Origin: Thermodesulfobacteriota bacterium
GTDB taxonomy: Bacteria > Desulfobacterota_D > UBA1144 > Nemesobacterales > Nemesobacteraceae
Length of the DNA stretch: 64,000 bases
NCBI GenBank assembly: GCA_965116725.1
Contig: OZ220700.1
Coordinates: forward strand, 628,923-692,922
Direction of reading: 5' to 3'
Numbering within the stretch: position 1 is the stretch's first letter; each line of letters begins with the position of its first letter. Below are positions 1 to 9,507 of the stretch, piece by piece. The translations under genes were made by a program, and so were the position numbers. Below the pieces are notes generated by a model that saw only the letters and a program-made list of their open reading frames with translations, was not told where the DNA came from and did no database searches.

Positions 1-696
1 ATGATGTCCATCATCAGCAGGAACTGCAGCCTCGAAGAAAATTACGAAACCCTTGTAAGGGGGCTCGCGCACGAAATAAGAAATCCCCTGAGCGGCATAA
101 AGGGGGCTGCACAACTTCTAAGCGGCACGCTGTCAAAAACGGAGAAAAACCGGTGTTCGAAGATAATAATAAAGGAAACGGAAAGACTGAGAGACTTGGT
201 TGACAGACTGGTGAAACCGTCATCGGTATCAACGCAGCATCTGATGTCGGTAGATATAAACGAAATTCTGATTGACATAATATTTCTCGAATCGAATCTT
301 CATAAAAACATAGAATTCAAGCACAAGCTCGACATTACCATTCCTCCCGTACCAGGAGACTACAACTCCCTGAAACAGGTGTTCATAAACATTATCCAAA
401 ACGCTGTGAGTTCGATGAAGAACAAAGGGCAGATAACGGTCAGCACCAAGTGGGTCACGGATTACAAGATACGCAATAAACACACGGTCCTGATATCGGT
501 AAAAGACAACGGAACGGGAATACAGAAAAAAGACCTGAAAAAAATATTCACCCCGTTTTTCTCGAGCAAAAGGAAAGGAACAGGGCTTGGTCTTTTCATA
601 TCAAGCCAAGTAATAGCCAAATACGGAGGAATAATTACCGCGGAGAGTGAAGAAGGAACGGGCTCCGAATTCAAGATACAGCTCCCGGCAAGCTAG
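1..696 (+). CDS. glnL: Nitrogen-regulation sensor histidine kinase NtrB (GlnL), 5'-truncated by the window edge; the H-box/HATPase portion is present
   Basis: The H-box [25 protein letters not shown] is near-identical to the E. coli NtrB H-box ([23 protein letters not shown]). The HATPase G1/G2 boxes are present (DNGTGI, GTGLGL). An NtrC-family regulator follows immediately. Confidence 0.8.
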   Translation: [231 protein letters not shown]

Positions 697-759
697 AAAT
701 TATCAGCTTTTTGGGAACAGACAACGCAATTGCGACTTGGCGGCTGGAGAAACCAGATC

Positions 760-2175
760 ATGAAAAATCGCATCCTAATAGCCGACGACGAAGAGGACAT
801 CAGGTGGATACTCGAGACATCCCTTAAAAAATCGGGCTTTGAAGTCGAGTGTGCCGAAAACGGAGAAGACGCCCTCCGAAAAGCGTGCGAGGATGCATAC
901 TCCCTGATTCTTCTTGACATAAACATGCCGGATATGAACGGGTTTGAAGTTCTCACCCAGCTTAGAAACAGAGAAATCGACTCGCCCATAATATTCATTA
1001 CCGCACAGAATACCGTCAGCAACGCTATAGATTCAATACAGCTCGGGGCCTATGATTATCTGACCAAGCCGTTTGACCTCGAAGAGGTAAAACTCTTTGC
1101 CGAGCGGGCCATAAAAAACTACGAAGCCGAGAGAGAAATAAGGCTGTCTCAGGATTCCGAGGAGAACATTTCGTTCGAAGAAATAGTCGGCAGTTCACCC
1201 GACATGCTGAACGTATACAAGCTTATCGGTCGCACCGCCTCCAAGAACATCACCGTGCTGATAACAGGAGAAAGCGGTACCGGGAAAGAGCTCATCGCAA
1301 GAGCCATCCATTATAACAGTCCGAGAAGAAAGAAAAGGCTGGTATCCGTAAATATATCCGCGATCCCCAAGGAACTTATCGAAAGTGAACTGTTCGGATA
1401 CGAAAAAGGGGCATTCACCGGCGCCACCACCTTGAAGAAGGGAAGATTTGAAGAAGCCGACGGCGGAACCCTTCACATAGACGAAATAGGGGAACTTTCA
1501 ACCGACCTGCAGTCAAAGCTCCTAAGGGCCATCGAGGAAAAACAGATCTACAGGCTCGGCAGTGAAAAACCGGTCTCCGTTGACCCCAGAATAATCGCAA
1601 GCACAAATAAAAACCTAAGGGATGCTGTCACGGAAGGTTCTTTCAGAGAGGACCTGTTTTACAGGCTAAACGTCATAAGCATAAACCTACCTCCTCTCAG
1701 GAAAAGAAAAGAGGATATAAAGGAGCTGATTCGACACTTTTTGAATAAATACTCCGCTGAATTCGGCACCGAGAAAAAAGTGCTCTCCCTCGAAGCGGAG
1801 CAGTTGCTAATCAGCCACAGTTGGCCCGGAAACGTAAGAGAACTTGAAAACACTATAAAACGTCTTCTGGTTTTAACTCCCGACAGCATAGTAAGCGGTG
1901 AGGAGACAAAAGAAGCCATCGATTCGCAAACCGGCTACGGAGAAACGGAAACGACGGAGAGGAAAACCGAAGAGCTTGTTCGCATTATGGTAGAAAATTC
2001 GGACTTGTCCCTGCAGAACATCCACGAGCAAGTAATCGGGAAAGTTGAAAAACAGTTAATCGAAACCATCCTTGCAAAAACTGACGGAAACATGAAACAG
2101 GCGGCAGCAATACTGGGGATAAACAGAAACACCCTGTCAAAAAAGATAAATGACCTGGAAATAGAAAGGAGTTAA
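760..2175 (+). CDS. glnG: Sigma-54-dependent response regulator NtrC (receiver + AAA+ sigma54-interaction + Fis-type HTH)
   Basis: Receiver domain ([10 protein letters not shown]...[11 protein letters not shown]). Walker A GESGTGKE. The GAFTGA motif is read as [15 protein letters not shown]. The C-terminal HTH is [16 protein letters not shown]. The start was chosen at the internal Met ([10 protein letters not shown]), which has a GGAG RBS. It lies downstream of the NtrB-like kinase. Confidence 0.85.
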   Translation: MKNRILIADDEEDIRWILETSLKKSGFEVECAENGEDALRKACEDAYSLILLDINMPDMNGFEVLTQLRNREIDSPIIFITAQNTVSNAIDSIQLGAYDYLTKPFDLEEVKLFAERAIKNYEAEREIRLSQDSEENISFEEIVGSSPDMLNVYKLIGRTASKNITVLITGESGTGKELIARAIHYNSPRRKKRLVSVNISAIPKELIESELFGYEKGAFTGATTLKKGRFEEADGGTLHIDEIGELSTDLQSKLLRAIEEKQIYRLGSEKPVSVDPRIIASTNKNLRDAVTEGSFREDLFYRLNVISINLPPLRKRKEDIKELIRHFLNKYSAEFGTEKKVLSLEAEQLLISHSWPGNVRELENTIKRLLVLTPDSIVSGEETKEAIDSQTGYGETETTERKTEELVRIMVENSDLSLQNIHEQVIGKVEKQLIETILAKTDGNMKQAAAILGINRNTLSKKINDLEIERS

Positions 2176-2178
2176 GAC

Positions 2179-2835
2179 CTAATATCCAAGCTTCCTGAGT
2201 GCATCGCGCGCCGCGGACTGCTCGGACTGTCTCTTGCTTCTGCCCTTGCCCGTACCCGTCAGGTCGGAAGAAATTCTGACCTCCACTGTGAAAGTCCTTT
2301 CATGCGGGCGACCTTCTTCACTCAGAACCCTGTACTCGGGCGTCTTTCCGAAAACGCTCTGGGAAATTTCCTGAAGCTGCGTCTTGCTGTCATGGGGAAA
2401 ATCGTCTTCCTCAACAGCGTCTTGAAACAGTCGAGACACAACCTCGAAAGTTTTCTCGTAGCCCGCATCAAGATACAGCGCGCCGATAAGTGCCTCAAAA
2501 GCATTTGCGTTGTTTGACTCCCTTTCCCTCCCCCCGGTGCTTTCTTCTCCCTTTCCAAGCCTTATCCGCTCTCCCAGTCCTAGCATCTCGGCGTATTTCG
2601 CAAAATTCGCACCGCTTACCACCCGACTTCTGATCTTTGAGAGATCTCCCTCGGTGTATGAAGGGTATTTTTCGTAAAGCAGTACACTAACCATACATCC
2701 AAGTAGCGCGTCTCCAAGAAACTCAAGTCTTTCGTTGCTGGGACATGAAAACTCGTTTGCATATGAACTGTGGGTAAGCGCCGTTTCAAGCAGAGAGGGG
2801 TCTTTGAATTCATAGCCAAGTTTTCGGTGAGTCAT
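2179..2835 (-). CDS. rnc: Ribonuclease III
   Basis: RNase III signature ERLEFLGDALLG. C-terminal dsRBD with a basic tail (GKGRSKRQSEQSAARDALRKL). 218 aa. Confidence 0.85.
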   Translation of the reverse strand: MTHRKLGYEFKDPSLLETALTHSSYANEFSCPSNERLEFLGDALLGCMVSVLLYEKYPSYTEGDLSKIRSRVVSGANFAKYAEMLGLGERIRLGKGEESTGGRERESNNANAFEALIGALYLDAGYEKTFEVVSRLFQDAVEEDDFPHDSKTQLQEISQSVFGKTPEYRVLSEEGRPHERTFTVEVRISSDLTGTGKGRSKRQSEQSAARDALRKLGY

Positions 2836-2904
2836 TGGGAGAAAATATCATTAACCACATTCAAAATCAACATCGCCGCAGGAGTGATTAAATTTTAAGA
2901 TGTT

Positions 2905-2921
2905 ATGCACAATAAACGTGC
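2905..2921. promoter_or_regulatory. Candidate NtrC binding site (TGCAC-N7-GTGCA dyad) upstream of glnB
   Basis: Sequence aTGCACaataaacGTGCAt. Its outer half-sites match the 17-bp NtrC consensus TGCACCAnnnTGGTGCA. It lies about 200 bp upstream of the candidate -24/-12 element and about 260 bp upstream of the glnB ATG. Confidence 0.45.
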
Positions 2922-3120
2922 ATCGTCGGAAAAATCTGAAATATCGCTCGGAGGAAAAAGAGATTTTTTTACGAACAGAAATATAAATCGAGTCGCCTTC
3001 GGATTCTGAAAATATTTAATTATAAGAATTAGTTATAAAACAAAAAACTTCCCCTTCGCAAAAGAAACAGTTATTCTATGCCTCTATTTTAAGAACCAGT
3101 TCACTTAGAAACAAAAGAAA

Positions 3121-3137
3121 TGGTATATTTTTTGATA
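3121..3137 (+). promoter_or_regulatory. Weak sigma-54-like -24/-12 element (TGGTAT-N7-TTGAT) upstream of glnB. An overlapping sigma70-like TTGATA-N16-TAATAC is also possible.
   Basis: The GG to G spacing matches the sigma54 consensus TGGCAC-N5-TTGC, but -12 is GA rather than GC. It lies 45-60 nt upstream of the glnB ATG, with an AGGAGGA RBS at about 3163. Confidence 0.3.
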
Positions 3138-3165
3138 CTTTATTGTAATTGAATAATACGCTTAG

Positions 3166-3519
<354 letters not shown>

Positions 3520-3581
3520 TTAGCGCTCGCACCAAAGAAACTTTTCTCTGGAAACAATTGCATTAAGGAGGATTATTAATC

Positions 3582-5027
3582 ATGGCTACTAAGTCGGGTC
3601 AGCCCGCTTCTCCGAAGAAGCCGGCTGAAGTAATAAAATTCATAAAAGATTACGAGATCGAGTTTGTCGATCTCAGGTTTCTTGATTTTATAGGAATGTG
3701 GCAGCACTTCACCATACCGGCGGAGGAAGTTGACAAGTCGTTTTTTGAAAACGGCCTTGGTTTTGACGGTTCAAGCATCAGGGGATGGCAGGCGATTAAC
3801 ACAAGCGATATGCTCATTATGCCGGATCCCACCACCTGCAAGGTCGATCCTTTCATGCAGGCCCAGACTCTCGTCATAATATGTAATATTGAGGACCCCA
3901 TAACAAGGGAACCTTATACCAGAGACCCGAGAAACATAGCGAGAAAAGCTGTTTCTTTCATGCAAGGCTCGAAGATTGCAGACACTGCCTACTTTGGTCC
4001 CGAGTTGGAATTCTTCATTCTTGACGATGTAAGATACGATCAGAGTCCACGTGGCGGTTATTACTTCATAGATTCAGAGGAAGGCATCTGGAATTCCGGG
4101 GCCGATGAGCAGCCGAACCTCGGTCACAAGCTCAGGCACAAGGAAGGCTACTTTCCAACACCTCCCTCAGACAGCATGCATGACATACGTTCCGAAATGG
4201 TGAGCACGCTTCTAAGCCTTGGTATTTCCGTCGAAGCCCATCACCACGAGGTTGCGACATCGGGGCAGGCTGAAATCGATATGCGTTTCGCTCCGCTGGT
4301 CGACATGGGAGACAACATGAAATGGTACAAGTACGTGGTAAAGAACGTTGCCCGGGAACACGGGAAAACGGTCACTTTCATGCCGAAACCCGTCTTCGAC
4401 GACAATGGCTCCGGAATGCATGTTCACCAGTCCCTGTGGAAAAACGGAAAGCCTCTTTTCGCAGGAAAAGGGTACGCGGGACTGAGCGATCTTGCGATGC
4501 ATTATGTAGGCGGAATATTGAAGCATGCGAGGGCCATATGCGCATTCAGCAACCCGATAACGAATTCATACAGAAGGCTCGTTCCTGGGTTTGAAGCTCC
4601 TGTTAACCTCGCCTATTCGGCGAGAAACAGAAGTGCGGCGGTAAGGATCCCTATGTATTCTCCCAGCCCCAAGGCAAAGAGAATAGAGACCAGGTTCCCG
4701 GATCCTTCATGCAACGGTTACCTGACGTTTTCCGCTATGTTGATGGCTGGACTTGACGGAATCGAAAACAAGATCAAGCCGGGGGATCCGCTGGATAAGG
4801 ATATCTATGCCCTGGGGCCCGAGGAGCTAGCAAACGTTCCCTCCGTACCAGGTTCGCTTGAAGAGGCCATCAAAGCCCTTGAAGATGACCACGAGTTTCT
4901 GCTCAAAGGAGGAGTCTTCACAGAGGACGTAATTGAGACATGGATTGACTACAAAACGGAAAACGAAATCAATCCGATCAGGTTGAGACCCGTACCGTAT
5001 GAGTTCATGCTTTATTACGACGTATAA
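3582..5027 (+). CDS. glnA: Glutamine synthetase type I
   Basis: 481 aa. Conserved GSI motifs ([44 protein letters not shown]). AAGGAGG RBS. Follows glnB. Confidence 0.93.
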   Translation: MATKSGQPASPKKPAEVIKFIKDYEIEFVDLRFLDFIGMWQHFTIPAEEVDKSFFENGLGFDGSSIRGWQAINTSDMLIMPDPTTCKVDPFMQAQTLVIICNIEDPITREPYTRDPRNIARKAVSFMQGSKIADTAYFGPELEFFILDDVRYDQSPRGGYYFIDSEEGIWNSGADEQPNLGHKLRHKEGYFPTPPSDSMHDIRSEMVSTLLSLGISVEAHHHEVATSGQAEIDMRFAPLVDMGDNMKWYKYVVKNVAREHGKTVTFMPKPVFDDNGSGMHVHQSLWKNGKPLFAGKGYAGLSDLAMHYVGGILKHARAICAFSNPITNSYRRLVPGFEAPVNLAYSARNRSAAVRIPMYSPSPKAKRIETRFPDPSCNGYLTFSAMLMAGLDGIENKIKPGDPLDKDIYALGPEELANVPSVPGSLEEAIKALEDDHEFLLKGGVFTEDVIETWIDYKTENEINPIRLRPVPYEFMLYYDV

Positions 5028-5043
5028 GCAAGAAAAAACTGAT

Positions 5044-5081
5044 AAAAAAGGGGTGTCCTTCGAAAAGGCACCCCTTTTTTT
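5044..5081. terminator. Bidirectional rho-independent terminator between glnA and tRNA-Leu
   Basis: A6-GGGGTGTCCTT-cgaa-AAGGCACCCC-T7. The 10-bp GC-rich stem is flanked by an A-run and a T-run. Confidence 0.8.
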
Positions 5082-5087
5082 ATGCTC

Positions 5088-5172
5088 TGCCGAAGGGGGG
5101 AGTCGAACCCCCACGGGCGCAATGCCCACAGGATCCTGAATCCTGCGCGTCTGCCTATTCCGCCACTTCGGC
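5088..5172 (-). tRNA. tRNA-Leu (anticodon CAG), type II with long variable arm
   Basis: The reverse complement folds as GCCGAAG acceptor / CAGGA-TTCAGGA-TCCTG anticodon arm / GGGGG-TTCGACT-CCCCC T-arm. Discriminator A. No encoded CCA. Confidence 0.85.
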
Positions 5173-5174
5173 TT

Positions 5175-6266
5175 TTATCTTTCTCTCCAAGACGCCACGG
5201 TCGGATACGAATTTTTCTTTTTCAAGTTTTTACGGATAACGGCCTGAACCTGTCTTGTGACGGGAATTTGCTCTCCCACTATACCCGTGGAAATAGCGGT
5301 GTAGACATCGCTTTTTCCACCCTTAAGAACCACTCCCGAAATGCCGGAGCTTATCTTTAGACTGGAATCTATTCCCTTTAAGATTTTCGTGGTCTCGCTG
5401 GCAGATATGACTCTCTTGGTGCTCCTGCGAAGAATTATCTCGTCGGCCATTCTCCCGACTAAGCTGTCTTTTATCTCCCGGGGATCGTTCTGCCTCTCGT
5501 TGACCGAGACCCCCGCAGCCTTAATGGTAGCCATTATCACTGTTTTTGAAGCGGTGCTGAAATTCACCTTCTTGTCCTCAGGATATACGGTGAGATAGTC
5601 TTTGACTTGGAGAAAGAAATCCTTATCCATCCCCTCAATCATCCTAATTTCCTCAACGCTGTCAAGCGGTCCGTCCTTGATATAATAAGGATTATCGAGT
5701 TTTGCGTAATAGTTCCCACCAGCTCCATCGGGGTCCTGATCGTTTCCGCTACCCGGCGCCGCCCCGTCAAGCCAGTTCACTAGACTTGCCACGAAGAGAT
5801 CGGCCTTCTCCGTCTCCACCCCGAGAAAGCGGAAAAGTTCATTTAGCTGCGTTCGGACCTGAAAATCCACCCGGCCCGATCTCTGGTCCACAAGAGCATT
5901 GAGATTGACCTTCGATCTCTCGTCTACAACTTGAAGAGATATGTTTCCTTCTCCGATGGGAAAAGAAATAATGGAAAGCTTCCAGCCGTTGGAACCGTTT
6001 TCTGAGCTTATTGCCTGCCCAAGGATTCCCTGCAGCAAGGGCAGATCCTCTGGCGTTTTCTTTCTCAGCACCCCTCGCACGACTCTCACTCCTGATTTCG
6101 CAATATGTCTTGCCTGGACATCGCTTGAGCTGTTCGCGGAAATTTCGTAACTCACGCGGGTCGAGTATATGAAATCAATCACGATTGTGGAAAGTATTGC
6201 AATCGTTATGACAACGATAACAAGTACTATTCCCTTCTGCGTTGTTTTCGGATCTGCTCTGCACAT
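5175..6266 (-). CDS. gspK: T2SS minor pseudopilin GspK-like
   Basis: 363 aa. N-terminal hydrophobic segment KGIVLVIVVITIAIL lacks the conserved Glu5, which is typical of GspK. It is the last gene after gspG-H-I-J, and its size matches GspK. Confidence 0.55.
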   Translation of the reverse strand: MCRADPKTTQKGIVLVIVVITIAILSTIVIDFIYSTRVSYEISANSSSDVQARHIAKSGVRVVRGVLRKKTPEDLPLLQGILGQAISSENGSNGWKLSIISFPIGEGNISLQVVDERSKVNLNALVDQRSGRVDFQVRTQLNELFRFLGVETEKADLFVASLVNWLDGAAPGSGNDQDPDGAGGNYYAKLDNPYYIKDGPLDSVEEIRMIEGMDKDFFLQVKDYLTVYPEDKKVNFSTASKTVIMATIKAAGVSVNERQNDPREIKDSLVGRMADEIILRRSTKRVISASETTKILKGIDSSLKISSGISGVVLKGGKSDVYTAISTGIVGEQIPVTRQVQAVIRKNLKKKNSYPTVASWRER

Positions 6267-6941
6267 TCAGTCAGCCACCGGTATAGCAACAATCATGGAA
6301 TAAGCCTCCTCCTGATCCCCTGCTCCCAAAAGAATGATATGGACTTGAACCGCCTTTGGAAATCCTCGCATTACTGACGAATTCCACTCCCACACCTCTT
6401 GCTCGTTAGCCGATGCCGGGGATCGTTCGGAAAGGAAATTCACCCTGAAACTCAGCACCCTTTCCGAAATCGGATATGCGGCTCCAGCCTCATCGTTTCC
6501 GATCCAGTAATTATCCTTTCTCATAAGGGCAAACATATCTTCGCGCTCGCCGCGGAGCGGAACCAGATAGTAGGAGATCTCGCTCTGGCCGGATTGGGTG
6601 GAATAATGGGTGGGGTCCTTCGCAAAAGAGGTGAACACTATTCTGCTGTTATCCCCTTCGAGCCTCCCGGTAAAGTAGCTATATGCGGAAGGAGAAGAAA
6701 CCCCGGAATTGATGTTCCCTCTGGGAAAAGCATTCACTAGGTCATGGCGCATCTTAAGCAGGATAGTATTCGCTTCCTGGATCAATTCGTTTTCCGTCTC
6801 CACCCTGCGTTTGACTGTTATGAGCTGGGAAAAGGAACTGTAGAGCATCGTGAGCACGATGACCGTTATGGCAACGACGATAAGAACCTCTATAAGGGTG
6901 AAACCGCTTTTATCATCCCGAATCGACGAAGCTGATTTCAT
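6267..6941 (-). CDS. gspJ: T2SS minor pseudopilin GspJ-like
   Basis: 224 aa. Prepilin leader + GFTLIEVLIVVAI class III signal. Position and size fit GspJ. Confidence 0.55.
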   Translation of the reverse strand: MKSASSIRDDKSGFTLIEVLIVVAITVIVLTMLYSSFSQLITVKRRVETENELIQEANTILLKMRHDLVNAFPRGNINSGVSSPSAYSYFTGRLEGDNSRIVFTSFAKDPTHYSTQSGQSEISYYLVPLRGEREDMFALMRKDNYWIGNDEAGAAYPISERVLSFRVNFLSERSPASANEQEVWEWNSSVMRGFPKAVQVHIILLGAGDQEEAYSMIVAIPVAD

Positions 6942-7287
6942 AGCTTTCCTCCCCGTCGTCCCAGGTTATAAGAACACTGATAATGGTCATCTTCGCTTCG
7001 AATTGGGTTAAGTTGTAGGGGGAAACTGTGAGATACCACTCAAAACCGGGATAATTTTCAAATTTCCCGCTTCTCTTCGAGTCCGACGTGAGCCCTTCAG
7101 CGTCGATCCGTGAAGCCATGTCGTCGGCCAGACTTGTGGCTATCAGGTAATTGGTAGACCTTGTAGCAAGATTTACATTGTGACCTACAATGCCGAGGAT
7201 TGACACCATCGCGAAGGCAAGTAACCCCACGGCAACCATGACTTCGAGCAACGTAAATCCGCAAATGCTGTTTTTCGAGGCTCTCAT
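6913..7287 (-). CDS. gspI: T2SS minor pseudopilin GspI-like
   Basis: 124 aa. GFTLLEVMVAV prepilin N-terminus. Size and position fit GspI. Confidence 0.55.
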   Translation of the reverse strand: MRASKNSICGFTLLEVMVAVGLLAFAMVSILGIVGHNVNLATRSTNYLIATSLADDMASRIDAEGLTSDSKRSGKFENYPGFEWYLTVSPYNLTQFEAKMTIISVLITWDDGEESYEISFVDSG

Positions 7288-7299
7288 ACAGTTCTTTCC

Positions 7300-7833
7300 C
7301 TACCGTTCCGCCAGATTCTGAAACCGGCTGTTAAATTCGACGTACTCGTCAAAAATCTTAGTGGCCCCAGTGTAGGGGTTTGTGGAGAGCGTGAAAAAAT
7401 TGTCCTCACCAGTTCGCAGGTGAATAACCGCCGAGTCAACAATCCCCGTCGGCAGAAAAAGTATAAATGCGTCTCTTCCGGAACCAATCTTCCCTTGGGT
7501 TCTCTCCGTCTGTATATCGCTGAAAAAAACCCCGCTGGGGAGCTTTCTGAATCCAGACGCGGAATCCTCTTCCAAGCGGAACTGGTTTTCCTCAAGAAAT
7601 TCTGCCCAGTATTCTCCGGTATCGATATCGAAAGAAAGCTTGTATATCCGTTTTTCAAAAATGGCTTTGCTGTAAATATGCCTTATCGTAGTGACAAGCC
7701 CTCTTGAAGCACTGCGAAGGTTCATGTCACCCGTTTTGAGGACTCTGGGCATGGCTACGGAGAAAAAAGCTCCGAGCAGAAAAACGACCACAATGAGTTC
7801 AATTAAGGTAAAACCAGCGGATTTTTTTCTCAT
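7300..7833 (-). CDS. gspH: T2SS minor pseudopilin GspH-like
   Basis: 177 aa. GFTLIELIVVV prepilin N-terminus. Position after gspG. Confidence 0.5.
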   Translation of the reverse strand: MRKKSAGFTLIELIVVVFLLGAFFSVAMPRVLKTGDMNLRSASRGLVTTIRHIYSKAIFEKRIYKLSFDIDTGEYWAEFLEENQFRLEEDSASGFRKLPSGVFFSDIQTERTQGKIGSGRDAFILFLPTGIVDSAVIHLRTGEDNFFTLSTNPYTGATKIFDEYVEFNSRFQNLAER

Positions 7834-8249
7834 CTGTCTCTGTTGGACAGATCATCGTCTGAATTCCCTATCCCATCCGGACCGTTAGACCTTATATAGT
7901 ACAATCCGTCCTCGGTCTGGTCGACCCCGAAGTACACAAACTCGTTCCCCCAAGGATCAAGTGGAACGCTTGCGGATTCAAGATAACGTCTCCACCTCTT
8001 GGCCTCCCTGCCCACCGTTACCGGTTCGACCAGAACACGTAGCCCCTGCTGGGTTTCAGGATAAAAACCGTTATCAAACTTAAACAGCTGGAGCGCCTGC
8101 TCAAACTGTTTGATCTGAATCATGGCCTGTTTTTCCTTTGCCCTCTCCCCCTGACCTATCACGTTCGTTCCCACTATGTAGGCGAGTCCCGCTATGATAA
8201 GCACGACCACCATAATTTCAATCAGAGTAAACCCCATCTGGGATCTCAT
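7830..8249 (-). CDS. gspG: T2SS major pseudopilin GspG
   Basis: 139 aa. MGFTLIEIMVVVLIIAGLA plus the conserved GspG core (VPLDPWGNEFVY...YIRSNGPDG). Confidence 0.85.
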   Translation of the reverse strand: MRSQMGFTLIEIMVVVLIIAGLAYIVGTNVIGQGERAKEKQAMIQIKQFEQALQLFKFDNGFYPETQQGLRVLVEPVTVGREAKRWRRYLESASVPLDPWGNEFVYFGVDQTEDGLYYIRSNGPDGIGNSDDDLSNRDR

Positions 8250-8267
8250 TTTTCTCTACCTCCCTGT

Positions 8268-9476
8268 TCAGCTTATTACAGAAGTTAGATTCAACACAGG
8301 TAAAAGTATAGCAAAAACTATAAAACCCATCACGACGCCCATAATCAGTATCATTACCGGCTCAAGAAGGGAAGTCAGCGTGGCAAGCATGCCGTCGACC
8401 TCGGTATCATACATATCGGCCACTTTCGACAGCATGACTTCCATTTTACCCGCCTCTTCCCCTACAGACACCATTCTCACCATTAGGGGAGGGAAAATCC
8501 CGGTCTGCCCAAGGCAACCTCCGAACGCCGCTCCCTCTGCAACCTTGACCCGGACATCCCTTATATTGTCAACATAAAGACTGTTTCCCATAACCGATTC
8601 GCTCACCCTGATGGATTCAAGAAGAGGAATGCCACTTGAAAGTAGCGTGGCAAGCGTTCTTGTGAAACGGGAAATCATCACTTTTGAAGACATTTTCCCG
8701 AACACTGGGATCCTCAGGGAAAACCTGTCGTAGACCTTCCTTCCGGAAGGAGTTTTTACGTACCTGTGTCCAAAAAATAATACGACGGCCAAGAAAACCA
8801 GCAGAAAGACAAAATTCTCCCTGAGAAAATCACTTGCACCTATAAGCATTACGGTAACAAACGGCAAAGCCTTGTTGCTGGCCTCGAATATATCGGCGAC
8901 TTTGGGAATTACGAAAGTCATCATGAAAACCAGTACCCCGAGTCCGACGATAAACATTATCGCCGGATATATCATGGCACCTCTGATCTTCGAAGTCAGC
9001 TCGAGCTGTTTTTCAAGGAAATCTGCAAGACGGTCGAGCACGACATCAAGAGTGCCGCTAGCCTCGCCGGCACGAACCATGCTCACGTAAAGATCAGAGA
9101 AAGCTCCTTCGTGCTCCTCAAGTGCGGCGTGAAGAGAGCTGCCTTCACTCACTCGGCTTCGCACCTGAGAGAGAATTCCCTTGAGCTTCTGGTCATCAGT
9201 CTGCTCGTAGAGGGCCACAAGTGAGGTCTCAAGAGGAAGGCCTGATGAGATCAGGGTTGAGAACTGTCTTGTCATAACGGCAAGTTCCGAGATGCTCACC
9301 CTGTTCCACGGAAGGCTCACCGACGAGCGGCGAGATCCACTGGCCTCTTTTATAGAGGAAAGATAGATGCCGCCTTTTCTGAGCCTGTCGCTTGCGATCT
9401 TGACCGATTCCGCGCTGATAACTCCCTTTACCGATTCGCCCTTGTCGTTGATGGCTTTATAGTTATAAACAGGCAT
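8268..9476 (-). CDS. gspF: T2SS inner-membrane platform protein GspF
   Basis: GspF/PilC family. Two repeated cytoplasmic domains and three TM segments. The start was taken at the internal Met MPVYNYKAI, which is the typical GspF N-terminus; this avoids overlap with gspE. Confidence 0.85.
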   Translation of the reverse strand: MPVYNYKAINDKGESVKGVISAESVKIASDRLRKGGIYLSSIKEASGSRRSSVSLPWNRVSISELAVMTRQFSTLISSGLPLETSLVALYEQTDDQKLKGILSQVRSRVSEGSSLHAALEEHEGAFSDLYVSMVRAGEASGTLDVVLDRLADFLEKQLELTSKIRGAMIYPAIMFIVGLGVLVFMMTFVIPKVADIFEASNKALPFVTVMLIGASDFLRENFVFLLVFLAVVLFFGHRYVKTPSGRKVYDRFSLRIPVFGKMSSKVMISRFTRTLATLLSSGIPLLESIRVSESVMGNSLYVDNIRDVRVKVAEGAAFGGCLGQTGIFPPLMVRMVSVGEEAGKMEVMLSKVADMYDTEVDGMLATLTSLLEPVMILIMGVVMGFIVFAILLPVLNLTSVIS

Positions 9477-9507
9477 TTGAAATACCGATGTTAAAGATAG
9501 CTGCGGT

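Noticed and set aside
3520-3581. Sigma-54 promoter in the glnB-glnA spacer (cTGGaaacaatTGCAt)
   Set aside because: GG and GC are separated by 8 nt where the consensus has 10, so it does not fit the -24/-12 geometry. glnA more likely reads through from the glnB promoter or uses a sigma70 promoter.
7284-7658. 124-aa ORF on the minus strand inside gspH, and similar nested ORFs listed in the six-frame track (e.g. 3650-3901, 4212-4526, 13154-13861 +, 11897-12352 +, 40628-41255, 49127-50182 +, 50179-51948 +)
   Set aside because: These are alternative-frame or antisense ORFs inside well-supported genes (gspH, glnA, gspD, YeiH-like, gltD, gltB). They have low-complexity or Arg/Ser-rich composition typical of out-of-frame translation of GC-skewed coding DNA.
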